Notes: a model not told the origin generated them from the letters alone. DNA of 64,000 nucleotides from Candidatus Eiseniibacteriota bacterium (GCA_031370785.1 JANMQY010000144.1:1-64000), one strand, 5' to 3'; positions 18,921 to 29,447 are shown, numbered from the stretch's first letter. A program made the numbers and translations.

Positions 18921-20507
18921 CTAGTCGCCTTCTCTGGAGCCCTCGGGATGATCCGCGGGGGCCACGGCCAGACGTTTGATCATGCCGTCGCCGAGCGCAT
19001 AGGTCTTGACCCGTGCGTCTTCGCGTAGCGTGACGTGGATGATGCGACGCTCCTGGGCGTTCAGATACTCGGTCACCACCTCGGCTCCAGTGCTGATCGC
19101 TTCGTCGGCCAGTCGAGCCGCCATTTCGCGCAGCTCGTCCTCGCGACGCTTCCAGAAGTCGTTGATCTCGAGCTGCAGGTGATAGCGCGAGCCCTCGCCG
19201 CGATTGACCATGCGGTTGAGCAGATGCTGAAGGGCCTGGCGCACTTCGCCCTTGGGACCCGTGAGCAGCTCATCGCCGGTCGACACCTCGGCGGTCACGT
19301 CCACCCGGTCCTCTTCGGCGATGGCGCTGACCTTGGCCTCGAAGCCCATCGCCTTGAGCAGCTCCTCCGTCCAACGCTTGCCTTCGGCCGCCAGAGCGTC
19401 GGGGCTCAGCGGAGGCTCGGCGGTCGCAGTCGCAGCGGGGCGCTGGTGACGCTCCTCACGCATGGGTCGGGGCAACGGACGATCCTCGCGCATCGGCCGG
19501 TCATCGCGCATCGGGCGCTCCTCTCGCGGCGGGTCATGATGCTCTTCGCGCATCGGACGTTCCTGTCGCGGCAGGTCATGACCATCCTCACGCATCGGAC
19601 GCTCTTCACGGGGCAGATCCTGGCACTCTTCACGCATTGGAGGCTGCTCACGAGGTGGACTCTCGCGTCCTTCGCGCATCGGGAGTTCCTCGTGCGTCGT
19701 CTCGCGTCGTTCGTAGCGCGGCGGAGCGGTCTGGGTCAACCCGGGCTGCGCCTCGCTCATGGTGGCGGGTGCCGGGATGCGCTCCTGCCCCTGCTGCGGA
19801 GCGTCGTGCGTCACGCCCTCATCTCCCATCTCCGGGCGCGGCCCGCGACCGGAACGCCCGCGACCACCACGGCGGCCGCGGCGACGGCGCCGACCCGTAT
19901 CCCCCTCGACCGGGGGTCCGGCGAATCCGGGAGACATCGCCTCGATCGGCTCGGCCGGATCGATCTCGCGAGGCCGAGCCTCGCGTACCGGTCGCGGCTC
20001 TTCACGCCGTGGACGATCTTCGCGAGGACGATCGTCACGGGGGCGATCGTCACGCGCGGGCCGTTCCCGGCGTGGCGCTCGCGCTTCGCGCGGACCACGC
20101 TCCTCACGCGCCGGGCCCGCCTCGCGAGCCGCCTCGCGGCTCCGATCGCGCCGCGGCTCTCCGCCCGCGGCGGGCTCCGCACTGCGCTCACCTCGGGGGC
20201 GCTCTGCGCCGCGCGCGGCGCGCGGACGCTCCTCGCGTCCGGCGCGTCCTGCACCACGCGGGCGCTCTTCTCGGCCGCCGCGACGTGAGCCGCGGCTTTC
20301 ACCGCGCTCCTCGGGCTCTCGAATCGCACCGCCGGGGCGCGCCGTGATGCGCACTCGATAGGGCCTCGAGCCGAAACCGAGAAATCCGTTCGAGCCTTCG
20401 TCGATCACCGTGATCATTGCCTCGGCGCGAGAGATGCCGAGCGCTTCGAGACCCTTGCGGACGGCTTCGTCCAGGCTCTTGCCTTCGTACACTGAAACGG
20501 GTGCCAT
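18921..20507 (-). CDS. jag: RNA-binding protein Jag/EloR (KhpB) with long disordered linker
   Basis: Jag_N (GKSLDEAV...GFLGFG), KH (LTGPKGEVRQALQHL), R3H (ERRIIH); follows yidC. Confidence 0.92.
   Translation of the reverse strand: MAPVSVYEGKSLDEAVRKGLEALGISRAEAMITVIDEGSNGFLGFGSRPYRVRITARPGGAIREPEERGESRGSRRGGREERPRGAGRAGREERPRAARGAERPRGERSAEPAAGGEPRRDRSREAAREAGPAREERGPREARAPRRERPARDDRPRDDRPREDRPRREEPRPVREARPREIDPAEPIEAMSPGFAGPPVEGDTGRRRRRGRRGGRGRSGRGPRPEMGDEGVTHDAPQQGQERIPAPATMSEAQPGLTQTAPPRYERRETTHEELPMREGRESPPREQPPMREECQDLPREERPMREDGHDLPRQERPMREEHHDPPREERPMRDDRPMREDRPLPRPMREERHQRPAATATAEPPLSPDALAAEGKRWTEELLKAMGFEAKVSAIAEEDRVDVTAEVSTGDELLTGPKGEVRQALQHLLNRMVNRGEGSRYHLQLEINDFWKRREDELREMAARLADEAISTGAEVVTEYLNAQERRIIHVTLREDARVKTYALGDGMIKRLAVAPADHPEGSREGD
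19455..19692 (-). repeat. 39-bp (13-aa) degenerate tandem repeats in jag linker
   Basis: PMREGRESPPREQP / PMREECQDLPREER / PMREDGHDLPRQER / PMREEHHDPPREER / PMRDDR / PMREDR. Confidence 0.8.
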
Positions 20508-20732
20508 GGAATCCTCTTTGCCGCGCCCAAGGGCGATGCAGCCTGAGTGTGCCTCTCGGGCGCGGGGTAGCGTGTCATGTGGGCGACGCGCGCGCGGCGG
20601 GATCGTACGAGCCAAAGATTCGCATCGTGGCGGTTCGGACGATCGATTGGCCGCGTGAGTCGCGGGTCGCGTTGGAACGGTCCCTGAGTCTACTTCGCCG
20701 CGGCCTCCGTGGCCACGGCGCGGAACACAGCC

Positions 20733-22595
20733 TTATCGGGCTCTCGAACGGCGCTTTCCGGTCGCCGGGACGACCACCTCGACTGCCTCGGCGGCCTTGG
20801 CGGGATCGCCGCGCAGCACCAGCCACTGCTGGATCGCGGTGAGTACGTTCATGACGGTCCAGTACAACACCAGTCCCGATGGCAGGTTATAGAAGAACAC
20901 CAGCATGAAGGCGTTCATCAGATACATGGTCGGTTTCTGGCTGGGGTCCATCGGGGTGAGCATCTGCGAGAGGAACCCGGTCGCGCCCATCACCACCGGC
21001 AGCAGCCGGATCGGGAATCCCGCGACGGTGAAAAGCAGGTCCGGCGCGGACAGATCCGTCATCCAGGCCACGAACGGCGCCTGACGCAGCTCGATCGCGT
21101 TGAACAGCACCTGATAGAGCGCGAGGAACAGCGGCATCTGCACCAGCATCGGGAGGCAGCCTCCCGCGGGGTTCACCTTGTTCTCTTTGTACAGCCCCAT
21201 GGTCGCGGTGTTCATGGCGGTCGCGTCGTTCTTGTGCTTTTCGCGAAGGCGGGCGATCTCGGGCTGCAGCTTCTGCAGCTTGAGCTGACTCTTCATGCTG
21301 GCCATGTTGAGCGGGTGAAGCACCACTCGCACCAGGGTGGCGAGCAGGATGATCGCGACCCCGTAGTTCCCGGCCAGCCCGTACAGCCAGTTGAGCAGCT
21401 TGAGCAGCGCGGTGCTGAAAGGCAGCACCCAGGTCCAGCCCAGATCCACCGCGCGCTCGAGATGCACCCTGAGCGCCGAGAGCCGGAAGTACTCGACCGG
21501 ACCGAAGAAGGTCACGAAGCGGTGCCGGGTCTGGCCGGCGAGAGCCATGCGCACCGTGTTGATCGCCACTTCCTGCTCGACCTTCGCACCGGTCGGAAGG
21601 GAGCGGGCCAGATCATCGGGCAGCGTGATCTTCTCCGCCCTGCCGGTGACACCGCGCGGCGCTCCGTCGACGACCGCTGCGGCGGCGATGAAGTACCGGT
21701 TCTGCACCGCGGCCCACTGCACGTTTCCGTCGTAGCTCTTCGGGTTCTTCAGCAGGTTCGGTGCGTGGTCCTTGTGCAGATCGGATCCGAGCATGCTCGA
21801 GACCCGCAGCGAGTGAAGATCGGAGTCGAGGTTGTTCTCGGTGACCAGCGGCCACGACCGGAGCGTGATCGAGTAGTCCGAGATCCGCCATGCCTCCGGG
21901 ACGCCGGTGATCTCGACCTGGTAGTCGAGCGCATAGTCATCCGGATGCGCGCGCCACACCTGGCGCACCATGAGCCCGGCCTCGTCCTTCGCGGTGAAGA
22001 TCAGCGTTCGGATCGCGCCGGCGGCGTCGGTGCTCTCTTCGACCGCGTACCCCACGTTCGCGAGCGAGCGCAGAGCGGCGCCCGACCCGAGATCGAGCGC
22101 GACCAGCGGGCCGCCCGCGAGCGCGACCCGGTCGCCGGCCGGCACTTCGTCGCCACGCTTGAGCTTGAGGCGCTTGTGCTCGAGGCTCGAGATGCCGCGC
22201 GCCGAAGCGAATCGCTTGAGCTCGACCGAGAGCAGCCGCGCGCCACGACTCGAGAACTCGGCGCGATACAGCGGCGTGTCGATTTCGTACGAGCGCTCGA
22301 GCACGGCCCCGGTTCCGCGGAACGGCGCATCGCGCAGCTCGGGAGCCGTCGCACCGGGTGTTGCGCCGGACTTCGCGCCCGAGTTCGCACCGCCACTGGG
22401 AATGGTGGCCGCGACTCCCGAGGGGCTCGCATGTGCGGAGTCCCCGCTGATCCGCGAGGAATCGACCGCAGTGGGCGGAGCGTTCGGCGCCTGGTGATCG
22501 AGGTAACGGCCGTAGCCGGCCCATCGAACCACCATCGGGTAGGCGAGCAGCAGCAGCACGCAGGCGGCGACAGCGATCAGTGTCTTTCGATCCAT
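20733..22595 (-). CDS. yidC: Membrane protein insertase YidC
   Basis: GNYGVAIILL, NPAGGCLPMLVQMP, WMTDLSAPD, PSGLVLYW. Confidence 0.96.
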   Translation of the reverse strand: MDRKTLIAVAACVLLLLAYPMVVRWAGYGRYLDHQAPNAPPTAVDSSRISGDSAHASPSGVAATIPSGGANSGAKSGATPGATAPELRDAPFRGTGAVLERSYEIDTPLYRAEFSSRGARLLSVELKRFASARGISSLEHKRLKLKRGDEVPAGDRVALAGGPLVALDLGSGAALRSLANVGYAVEESTDAAGAIRTLIFTAKDEAGLMVRQVWRAHPDDYALDYQVEITGVPEAWRISDYSITLRSWPLVTENNLDSDLHSLRVSSMLGSDLHKDHAPNLLKNPKSYDGNVQWAAVQNRYFIAAAAVVDGAPRGVTGRAEKITLPDDLARSLPTGAKVEQEVAINTVRMALAGQTRHRFVTFFGPVEYFRLSALRVHLERAVDLGWTWVLPFSTALLKLLNWLYGLAGNYGVAIILLATLVRVVLHPLNMASMKSQLKLQKLQPEIARLREKHKNDATAMNTATMGLYKENKVNPAGGCLPMLVQMPLFLALYQVLFNAIELRQAPFVAWMTDLSAPDLLFTVAGFPIRLLPVVMGATGFLSQMLTPMDPSQKPTMYLMNAFMLVFFYNLPSGLVLYWTVMNVLTAIQQWLVLRGDPAKAAEAVEVVVPATGKRRSRAR

Positions 22596-22599
22596 GGGG

Positions 22600-22809
22600 T
22601 CAGGGCACCGGGTCGTAGCCGCTCGAGCCGAGCGGATGGCAGCGAAGGATCCGGCGTCCGGCGAGCATCAGGCCGGAGAGCGCGCCGTGCTTCTCGACCG
22701 CTTCGCATGCGTAGGTCGAGCAGCTCGGAGTGAACCGGCACGCGCCGCGGAGCTGGGTCGGAATCAGGCGTTGGTACAGACGGATGACGAGGATGACGAC
22801 GGCGCGCAC
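22600..22809 (-). CDS. yidD: Membrane protein insertion efficiency factor YidD
   Basis: CRFTPSCSTYA...RILRCHP..GYDPVP. Confidence 0.95.
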   Translation of the reverse strand: MRAVVILVIRLYQRLIPTQLRGACRFTPSCSTYACEAVEKHGALSGLMLAGRRILRCHPLGSSGYDPVP

Positions 22810-22811
22810 GA

Positions 22812-23198
22812 TCAGTGGGTGCTCTCGGCAATCGGAGCGAGCGCTCCGGCGGAGGCCAGCAGGTGCTCGACGTCGCTCGCCAGATCCTGATGCGCAGCGG
22901 TGAGCGCGCTGCGAAAGGCGACCAGCACCAGCCGGTAGCCGGTCTCGGGCAGGCGCGGGAACCGGCGGCGCACGATCTCGCGCAGTCGACGGCGCGCGCG
23001 ATTGCGCTGTACCGAGCCACCCACGCCACGCTTGCTCGCGATGAATCCGACACGGGTGGGCTCGCCGGGGCTGGCGAGGGCCAGCAGCAGGCAGTGGCTC
23101 CCGCGGAACGCGGTGCCCTCGCTCTTCACCGCGAGGAAGTCGCGCGAAGAGCGCAGGCGGCGGTCCCGGCTCAGACGCTCAGGATGCCCAGTGCTCAT
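22812..23198 (-). CDS. rnpA: Ribonuclease P protein component
   Basis: RLRSSRDF, RVGFIASKR, SVQRNRARRRLRE (RNR motif). Confidence 0.92.
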   Translation of the reverse strand: MSTGHPERLSRDRRLRSSRDFLAVKSEGTAFRGSHCLLLALASPGEPTRVGFIASKRGVGGSVQRNRARRRLREIVRRRFPRLPETGYRLVLVAFRSALTAAHQDLASDVEHLLASAGALAPIAESTH

Positions 23199-23309
23199 TG
23201 AACTCCAGGAGAAAGGCCCGGACAGCGCGGCCCAAAACCCGCTGGACCGACGCTCGAGGTCGAGCGCGTAGGGCACGTAGGACGGCCGCAAGGGATGCCG
23301 GTGCGGCAG

Positions 23310-23453
23310 CTAGACCGAGGAAACGGTCAGGCGCTTCCGGCCCTGCCTGCGACGGGCGGAGAGAATCTTGCGGCCACCCTTGGTCTTCATGCGAGCGCGA
23401 AAACCGTGGGTCTTCTTGCGGTGGCGGTTGCGGGGACGATACGTGCGCTTCAT
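23310..23453 (-). CDS. rpmH: 50S ribosomal protein L34
   Basis: Below ORF-track cutoff; manual translation [47 protein letters not shown]. Confidence 0.97.
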   Translation of the reverse strand: MKRTYRPRNRHRKKTHGFRARMKTKGGRKILSARRRQGRKRLTVSSV

Positions 23454-23550
23454 CGGTCAGACAGCCTCGACGTTGAAGGGGAATCGATTCGGAGAGACGG
23501 GGCAGATTACGGGAGGGGATCGATGGGAGTCAAGGCGGGGCCGGCCGCGC

Positions 23551-24747
23551 CTACACGCTCTCCCACCTGCGGGCCATGGAACGGGCGGCCGCGAGGAACA
23601 GCACGGTCAGCCCGGCCAACACCGCCAGCTGCGGCACGAGCGCGGTGAGCGGCGCCTCGCGCCAGAACACCTTGATGTAGCCGTCCAGCGCCCACGCATT
23701 GAAGGTCACCAGCCCGATCTTCTGCATGGTCGGGCTCATCAGGAACCGCGGGAACATGCTCCCGCCGAGCGCCGACATGGTGAGAATGATGATGTTCGCG
23801 AATCCCATCAGCTGCTGGCGCGTGCGACTCATGGTGGCCAGCACCAGACCGAACGAGGCCGCCGCGGCGGCGGTTGCGGCGGTCATCACGAAGAACCCGG
23901 GCAGGTGGCTCATCAGGTCGAGGCCGAAGACCAGCGAACCCCACAGGAACATCACGGTGATCTGCACGGTGCCCAAGATCGTCAGATGGAGCCACTTGCC
24001 GGCGAGAAGGCCGCTCATGCCGACATTGGTATTCAGCACGCGCTCGAGTGTGCCCGAATCCTGTTCGTCGAGCAGCGAGCCGCCGCCGGCCGCGCACGAG
24101 AACAGAATGAACATCACCGCGATGCCGGCCGCATAGAACGAGATCATCTTCCCGCCTTCGCGCTTGTCGCCGACCACCGCCGTCACCACGGTTGCGACGA
24201 GATTGCCCGCGTTGGGGTCGCCGTCCGCGGTGTCGCCGATGCCGCCGCTCGCGCCCGAGCCGCCGCGGAGCACGGTCGCGGCCGCGCGCTGGAGCATTCC
24301 GATCACCATGTGCCGCGCAACCGGATCGGACGGATCGGACAGCACCTCGACCTTGATCCCGCCGCCGCTGAGATTCGGAAACGTCGCGCCCCAGCCGCGC
24401 GGAATCACGAGCGCGATCGGCACGTCTCCGGCGCGCACCAGCATCTCCGCCCGCGGGCGCGCGAGCGGAATGAGCGGCGAGCGGGCGTCGCCGGGCAACG
24501 TGTGCACCGAGTCGCGCACCCGGAGGCCGGGGTCGGCCTTCAGCGCTTCGATCAGGTAGCGGCTCATGTCGGAGCGGTCCTCGTCCGCGACGAACACCTG
24601 CACCTTCGACATGCCGCTCATCGATTGCCGTCCGAAGACCGAGGCGAAGATCGAGAAGAACAGAATCGGCAGCGCGAACACCATGGCCAGTGCGACGCGG
24701 TCTCGGCTGAGGCTCAGCTGGCTGATGCGTAGCAGGGTCCCGATCAC
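23551..24747 (-). CDS. ABC-2 type exporter permease
   Basis: One N-terminal TM, extracytoplasmic loop, five further TMs; EQDSGTLERVL, ALGGSMFP. Confidence 0.9.
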   Translation of the reverse strand: MIGTLLRISQLSLSRDRVALAMVFALPILFFSIFASVFGRQSMSGMSKVQVFVADEDRSDMSRYLIEALKADPGLRVRDSVHTLPGDARSPLIPLARPRAEMLVRAGDVPIALVIPRGWGATFPNLSGGGIKVEVLSDPSDPVARHMVIGMLQRAAATVLRGGSGASGGIGDTADGDPNAGNLVATVVTAVVGDKREGGKMISFYAAGIAVMFILFSCAAGGGSLLDEQDSGTLERVLNTNVGMSGLLAGKWLHLTILGTVQITVMFLWGSLVFGLDLMSHLPGFFVMTAATAAAAASFGLVLATMSRTRQQLMGFANIIILTMSALGGSMFPRFLMSPTMQKIGLVTFNAWALDGYIKVFWREAPLTALVPQLAVLAGLTVLFLAAARSMARRWESV

Positions 24748-25706
24748 TCGCGCAGCTCCTTTCCGGTGAGATGGATGAAAACGTCATGCAGTCCGTGGCG
24801 ACGCACCTCGAGGTCTTCGATCTCCACTCCCGAAGCGCGCACCCGCTCGAGCAGACCGGGAAGTTCGCGCCCCACGTCCCGGACTCGCGCGCTCAGCACC
24901 CGCCCACCCTCCAGGCGCTCGAATCCGTCGAGCGGTGGCGAAGGCGCGCGGTTCAGCTTCAGCACCACCTGGCGGTCGCCACCCACGGTGCGCTCGATCA
25001 GCTCGGCGAGCGTGCCGGTCGCGACCATCCGGCCGTGATCGAGGATCGCAATCCGGTCGCAGCGGTGCTCGGCCTCTTCGAGTTGATGGGTGGTGAGCAG
25101 CAGTGACGCTCCATCGACCCGCAGCTCTTCGAGCATCTCGTAGATCCGCTCGCGACTCTGCGGGTCCACGCCAACGGTGGGCTCGTCGAGCAGCACGATT
25201 TTCGGCTCGTGCAGCACTCCACAGGCGATGTTGAGCCGGCGCTTCATGCCGCCCGAAAAACGGCCCACCGGCTCCTTCGCGCGCTCGCCGAGTCCGGTCC
25301 ATCGCAGGGCCCACGCCACGCGCGAGGCGAGGCGCGAAGGCGCGACGCCGTGCAGCCGGCCGAATACTTCGAGATTCTCGCGGGCGGTGAGCAGTGGATA
25401 GACCGCGAGATCCTGAGGGACGATGCCGAGCACGCGACGCCGCTCCTCGGCAGGGATCGCGCGACCGAACATCTCGATCGTGCCGCCATCGAGACGCACC
25501 CGGCCGGTGATGGCGCGCAGCAGCGTGGTCTTGCCGGCGCCATTGGGGCCGAGCAGCGCGAGCCGCTCGCCCGAGAGCAGATCGAGCGAGGCGCCGCGCA
25601 GCGCCTGCACCTGACCGAACGACCTGACCGCATCACGCACGCGCAACACGGCGACGCCCGCGCCGGCCCGCGGACGTTCGGGTGCGGCCACTGCGACTGT
25701 GCTCAC
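24744..25706 (-). CDS. ABC exporter ATP-binding protein
   Basis: [37 protein letters not shown]. Confidence 0.93.
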   Translation of the reverse strand: MSTVAVAAPERPRAGAGVAVLRVRDAVRSFGQVQALRGASLDLLSGERLALLGPNGAGKTTLLRAITGRVRLDGGTIEMFGRAIPAEERRRVLGIVPQDLAVYPLLTARENLEVFGRLHGVAPSRLASRVAWALRWTGLGERAKEPVGRFSGGMKRRLNIACGVLHEPKIVLLDEPTVGVDPQSRERIYEMLEELRVDGASLLLTTHQLEEAEHRCDRIAILDHGRMVATGTLAELIERTVGGDRQVVLKLNRAPSPPLDGFERLEGGRVLSARVRDVGRELPGLLERVRASGVEIEDLEVRRHGLHDVFIHLTGKELRE

Positions 25707-26103
25707 CTGGAATCCTCCTCGAGAGATCTGCTGCGTTTCAAAACCCTGCGGAGACAGTGCACGAGCGCGAGTCGCCGAAACAGTCGAGAGGGGATGAACG
25801 GTCGGACCGGGATGATGAGCGGTCGTGGGGGCCGTCCGGAGTGCCCGGCCGCGTGTTCAAAACCAAGGCGGACAGGGCCTTGAGCCATCCGGCTGGGATT
25901 GCGGTTCGGGCAGTGGACGATTCAGTTCGGCGGTCCTCGGGCCGATACCCCCAGGAGAGTTCACGTCTGGCAGGCGGGTGAACTCCGGGGGTCGGAACGT
26001 GTGCGATCCAGCACCTGGCCCGCGGCTCTTTCCCTTTGCGCACAGCTTCTCCATTCGGAATCCGCGACCGCTCGGGGTCGCGTCGGCCGGGACGCCGAAA
26101 ATC

Positions 26104-27864
26104 ATGAGCGAGCTATCAGGCTCCGCCGCTCGACAGATTGCGCTGCGTGACTTGTCACCCATGGCCATCCTGGTTCTGGGCTGGCTTCGCGCGCTCGCAC
26201 GCGCGCTCAAGATGTTCCGCCTGTACAAGTCCGACAATCCCGCGGTGCGTGGACAACGCGCCCGGTTGATCGCTCAGGCGCTCGAGATTCTCAAGAACAA
26301 CGGCGCGATCGATCTGCGCATCAGCCCGAGCGAGATCTTTCTGATCGATGAAGTTCTGATCCGGCCGGGCTCGGGTCGTGCCAACGACGAAGTGCGTGCC
26401 GCCGAGGAACTGCTTCCGTTCCAGATCTATCGTGACGGTGTGCGCCGCGTGGTGCTACTCGCCGATACGCCCGACCGCGAGCTGGGCGTGTTCATCGACG
26501 CGGTGTGCGCGACGAGCATGGGTCCGGATACCCAGGACGACCTGGTCACGCTGCTGTGGCAGGGAAACCTGACACACGTCCAGATCGAGTCGGTGGCGAT
26601 CGAGCAGAACATCTACCTATCGGTGCGTCGCGGCGGCGGTGGCGGGCCGGTCCAGCAGACGCAGGCCTACGCCTGGTCGCCGCAGGGCGCCGAGATTCGC
26701 GGGGCGCTCGCGCAGGCCGGCGGCACACAGGGCCTGCACCGGGACACGTTCGACGACTGGGAACTGCCCGAGGGCGACATCGACGCGCGCGTCGCGTGGA
26801 CCGCGCTCGAGAGTACGGTCGACGATGCGACTTCCCGGCTCGCAGCTCGATGGAAGACCGAGAACGAAAAGCCCTGGACCGCGGTCGCCTCACCACTCGC
26901 GCGCCAGATGCTCTGGATCGACCCTTCGGACGATACTCGCATCGCGCTCGGCCACTCGGTCGTGACCTGGGTTTCGAGCGCGCTCCAGCGTTCGGCGTGG
27001 GGCGAAGCGCAGGAGGCCCTCGGCCTGCTGCGCGAGATCGACCCCGACCGGACCCGCACCGCGAGTGCGCTCGAACAGGAGCTCTCCGGGCTCAACGTAA
27101 ACGAGATCGCGGAACGCATGGACGAGGACGATCCGACCGGGCATGCGCGCTTCTCGGCGGTGATCGTCGGCATCGGGCCGGCCGCGCTCGATCTGGCGTG
27201 CGCCGTGATGTGCGTCTCGACCAGGCTGCGGGCGCGTGCCGCCGCGACCACCGCCCTGTGCTACCTGTGCAACGATTACCCGGAGCTGCTCGCTCCGTAT
27301 CTTGCCGACTCGCGCTGGACCATGGTGCGAAACGTGGTGTTCGTGCTCGGGCAGATCGGCGGATCGGACGTCACGCCACTGCTGCGTGCCGCGGCCGACC
27401 ATCCCGAGATCCGGGTGCGCCGCGCAGTGGTTCAATCGCTGGGCGGAGTTCCGCGCGAGGAGCGCACTCCGGTTCTCATCCAGCAGCTCGAGACCCGTGA
27501 CTCCCGGCTGCTGGCCGCCACCCTCAGCATGCTCACCCGCGAGCGCAATCCGCGGGTCGCGCGCGCACTCCTCGACCGGATCGAGGCTCCCGACTTCGAA
27601 TCGCGGAGCGAAGACAATCAGCGCGCGCTGTTCAGCGCGCTGGCCGAGATCGCGGACGATGGCGCGGTGCCCGCGCTCGAGGCGCTGCTGCACAGGGGCG
27701 GCTGGTTCGCGAGGCGCACGCTGATGCGCGTGGCCGCGGCGCGGGTGCTGCGCCGGCTGGGCACCGAGTCGGCCACGGCAGCGCTCGAAGCCGGCCTGCG
27801 CTCGAAGAGTGAAGCGGTGCGCGGCGCCTGTCTCGACGCCATGAGCACGCGGATGACCCCGTGA
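26104..27864 (+). CDS. HEAT-repeat protein
   Basis: C-terminal PBS-lyase/HEAT repeats (WTMVRNVVFVLGQIG, RVRRAVVQSLG); GTGA-coupled to HD-GYP gene. Confidence 0.8.
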   Translation: MSELSGSAARQIALRDLSPMAILVLGWLRALARALKMFRLYKSDNPAVRGQRARLIAQALEILKNNGAIDLRISPSEIFLIDEVLIRPGSGRANDEVRAAEELLPFQIYRDGVRRVVLLADTPDRELGVFIDAVCATSMGPDTQDDLVTLLWQGNLTHVQIESVAIEQNIYLSVRRGGGGGPVQQTQAYAWSPQGAEIRGALAQAGGTQGLHRDTFDDWELPEGDIDARVAWTALESTVDDATSRLAARWKTENEKPWTAVASPLARQMLWIDPSDDTRIALGHSVVTWVSSALQRSAWGEAQEALGLLREIDPDRTRTASALEQELSGLNVNEIAERMDEDDPTGHARFSAVIVGIGPAALDLACAVMCVSTRLRARAAATTALCYLCNDYPELLAPYLADSRWTMVRNVVFVLGQIGGSDVTPLLRAAADHPEIRVRRAVVQSLGGVPREERTPVLIQQLETRDSRLLAATLSMLTRERNPRVARALLDRIEAPDFESRSEDNQRALFSALAEIADDGAVPALEALLHRGGWFARRTLMRVAAARVLRRLGTESATAALEAGLRSKSEAVRGACLDAMSTRMTP

Positions 27865-29447
27865 GCGAGACGCCCGCCCCGCGCCCGGCCGACACGCGGC
27901 CGATCGACGAGCGCTATCGCGAGATGGGGCTCAACCTGATGATGCGCGTGCTCGCGCTGATTCACGTCGGCCGTGCCTACCGCGTGGACAACCAGGTCTT
28001 TCGCGTTCAGCTCGACACGATGATGCAGGCTCTGGAGCCGCTGTTCGAGGAGGCGCCGGAGATCGTGCTGGTCGCGCTCGAGAACGACGTATACATGAAC
28101 GGCGTTCGCCTTCCCATGAAGAGCTCGACGCTCAAGCATCACCAGTCCCTGCTCGGCGAGTTCCGCAAGCGCAAGATCGCCGGTCTCAAGATCGAGCGCG
28201 GGGTCACGGCCGAAGAGATCGTGAAGTTCTTCGGACTGTTCCTGCAGCCCGAGAACCACCACGGCAGCGGGCTGCTCGAGGCCGCGCTCTCGGTCGGTTG
28301 CGTGCGCATCCAGCCGGCCGTGTATGCCTCGACCGAGGCGCCCGAGATGGATGCCACATCGATGATCCCCGGCCTGAACACCGATGGCGGCAGCCACTAC
28401 GGCGCCGCCGGCGGCGGCGCAGGAGGTGGCGGGGGTCTCGACGTCGAAAGCGGGCCGGCGGTGCAGGGAATGAGCGAGACCCCGCAGGCCACGGCCGAGG
28501 AAGGTCGCGGCACCTCCGGCGGCGGTCCGCGTGGCGGCACGCCCAAGAACTTCAACGTCGCGCTCAACGGCGTGAGATCATTGCTGACCACCACTTCGCT
28601 CCAGGCCGGAATGGAGATGCGCCATGCCAAGCGCGTGGTTCAGCCGCTGGTTGATGGCGCTTTCGCGGCGGAGCCGGTGGTGATGGGGCTCTCGACGCTC
28701 GGGCATCACGACGGCTATACCTACATGCACTCGGTCAACGTGTGCCTGGTGGCCGTGACCATGGGACACCTGCTCGGCTTCGATCGTCGCGCGCTCTCCG
28801 ACCTGGGCGTCGCCGCGCTACTGCATGACGTCGGCAAGAACAGCCTGACAGGACGCATTCGCCACGCGCTGCCCGCATTCACCGAGGAGGAGCGTGTTCT
28901 CGCCGAAACCCATCCGCTCGAGGGCGCCAAGCTGCTGGCGCGATCCACCATGCTGAATGCGACCACGCTGCGCTGCATGCGCGTCGCGTTCGAGCACCAC
29001 ATGGGGCCGGGCGGCTATCCGCACCTGACGGACTGGAGCCGGAGTGCGCTTTCCGAGCTGGTCTCGGTTGCCGACTGCTACGTCAGCCTTCAGACCCACC
29101 GCAGCGAGCGCGGCCGCAGCGTAACGCCGTTCCAGGCGCTCGGCCTGATGCTTGGGCCCCTCGCCTCGCGCTTCGATCCCGCGATGCTCGGCGCGCTGGT
29201 GCACGCGGTCGGACTCTTCCCGCCCGGACAGATGATCGAGCTCGACGATGGCGCGATCGGCGTAGTGCTCGCTCCGAATTCCGCGGACCTCGGGCGGCCG
29301 CATGTTCGCCTGGTGCGCGACGCAGCGGGCGCCTGGGGGGATCCCGTCAAACCGACCGAGTACCGACCTCTCCCCGCGGAGCGCAGCGTGCGGCGCTCGC
29401 TCAAGGCGGAGGAGTATCCCGAGACTCCGCCGCAGCAGGCGGCGTAA
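27861..29447 (+). CDS. HD-GYP domain protein (cyclic dinucleotide phosphodiesterase-like)
   Basis: YTYMHSVNV, LLHDVGK, HP..GA, EHHMGPGGYP, VADCY, FDP. Confidence 0.85.
   Translation: MSETPAPRPADTRPIDERYREMGLNLMMRVLALIHVGRAYRVDNQVFRVQLDTMMQALEPLFEEAPEIVLVALENDVYMNGVRLPMKSSTLKHHQSLLGEFRKRKIAGLKIERGVTAEEIVKFFGLFLQPENHHGSGLLEAALSVGCVRIQPAVYASTEAPEMDATSMIPGLNTDGGSHYGAAGGGAGGGGGLDVESGPAVQGMSETPQATAEEGRGTSGGGPRGGTPKNFNVALNGVRSLLTTTSLQAGMEMRHAKRVVQPLVDGAFAAEPVVMGLSTLGHHDGYTYMHSVNVCLVAVTMGHLLGFDRRALSDLGVAALLHDVGKNSLTGRIRHALPAFTEEERVLAETHPLEGAKLLARSTMLNATTLRCMRVAFEHHMGPGGYPHLTDWSRSALSELVSVADCYVSLQTHRSERGRSVTPFQALGLMLGPLASRFDPAMLGALVHAVGLFPPGQMIELDDGAIGVVLAPNSADLGRPHVRLVRDAAGAWGDPVKPTEYRPLPAERSVRRSLKAEEYPETPPQQAA

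Noticed and set aside
15451..19028. Long plus-strand ORFs opposite mnmG/mnmE (and similar antisense ORFs throughout)
   Set aside because: Shadow ORFs expected at high GC; no recognisable motifs
19455..19692. CRISPR-like array
   Set aside because: Degenerate in-frame coding repeats without unique spacers; no cas genes
25800..26040. 6S or SRP RNA
   Set aside because: Has hairpins but no recognisable conserved 6S or SRP motifs
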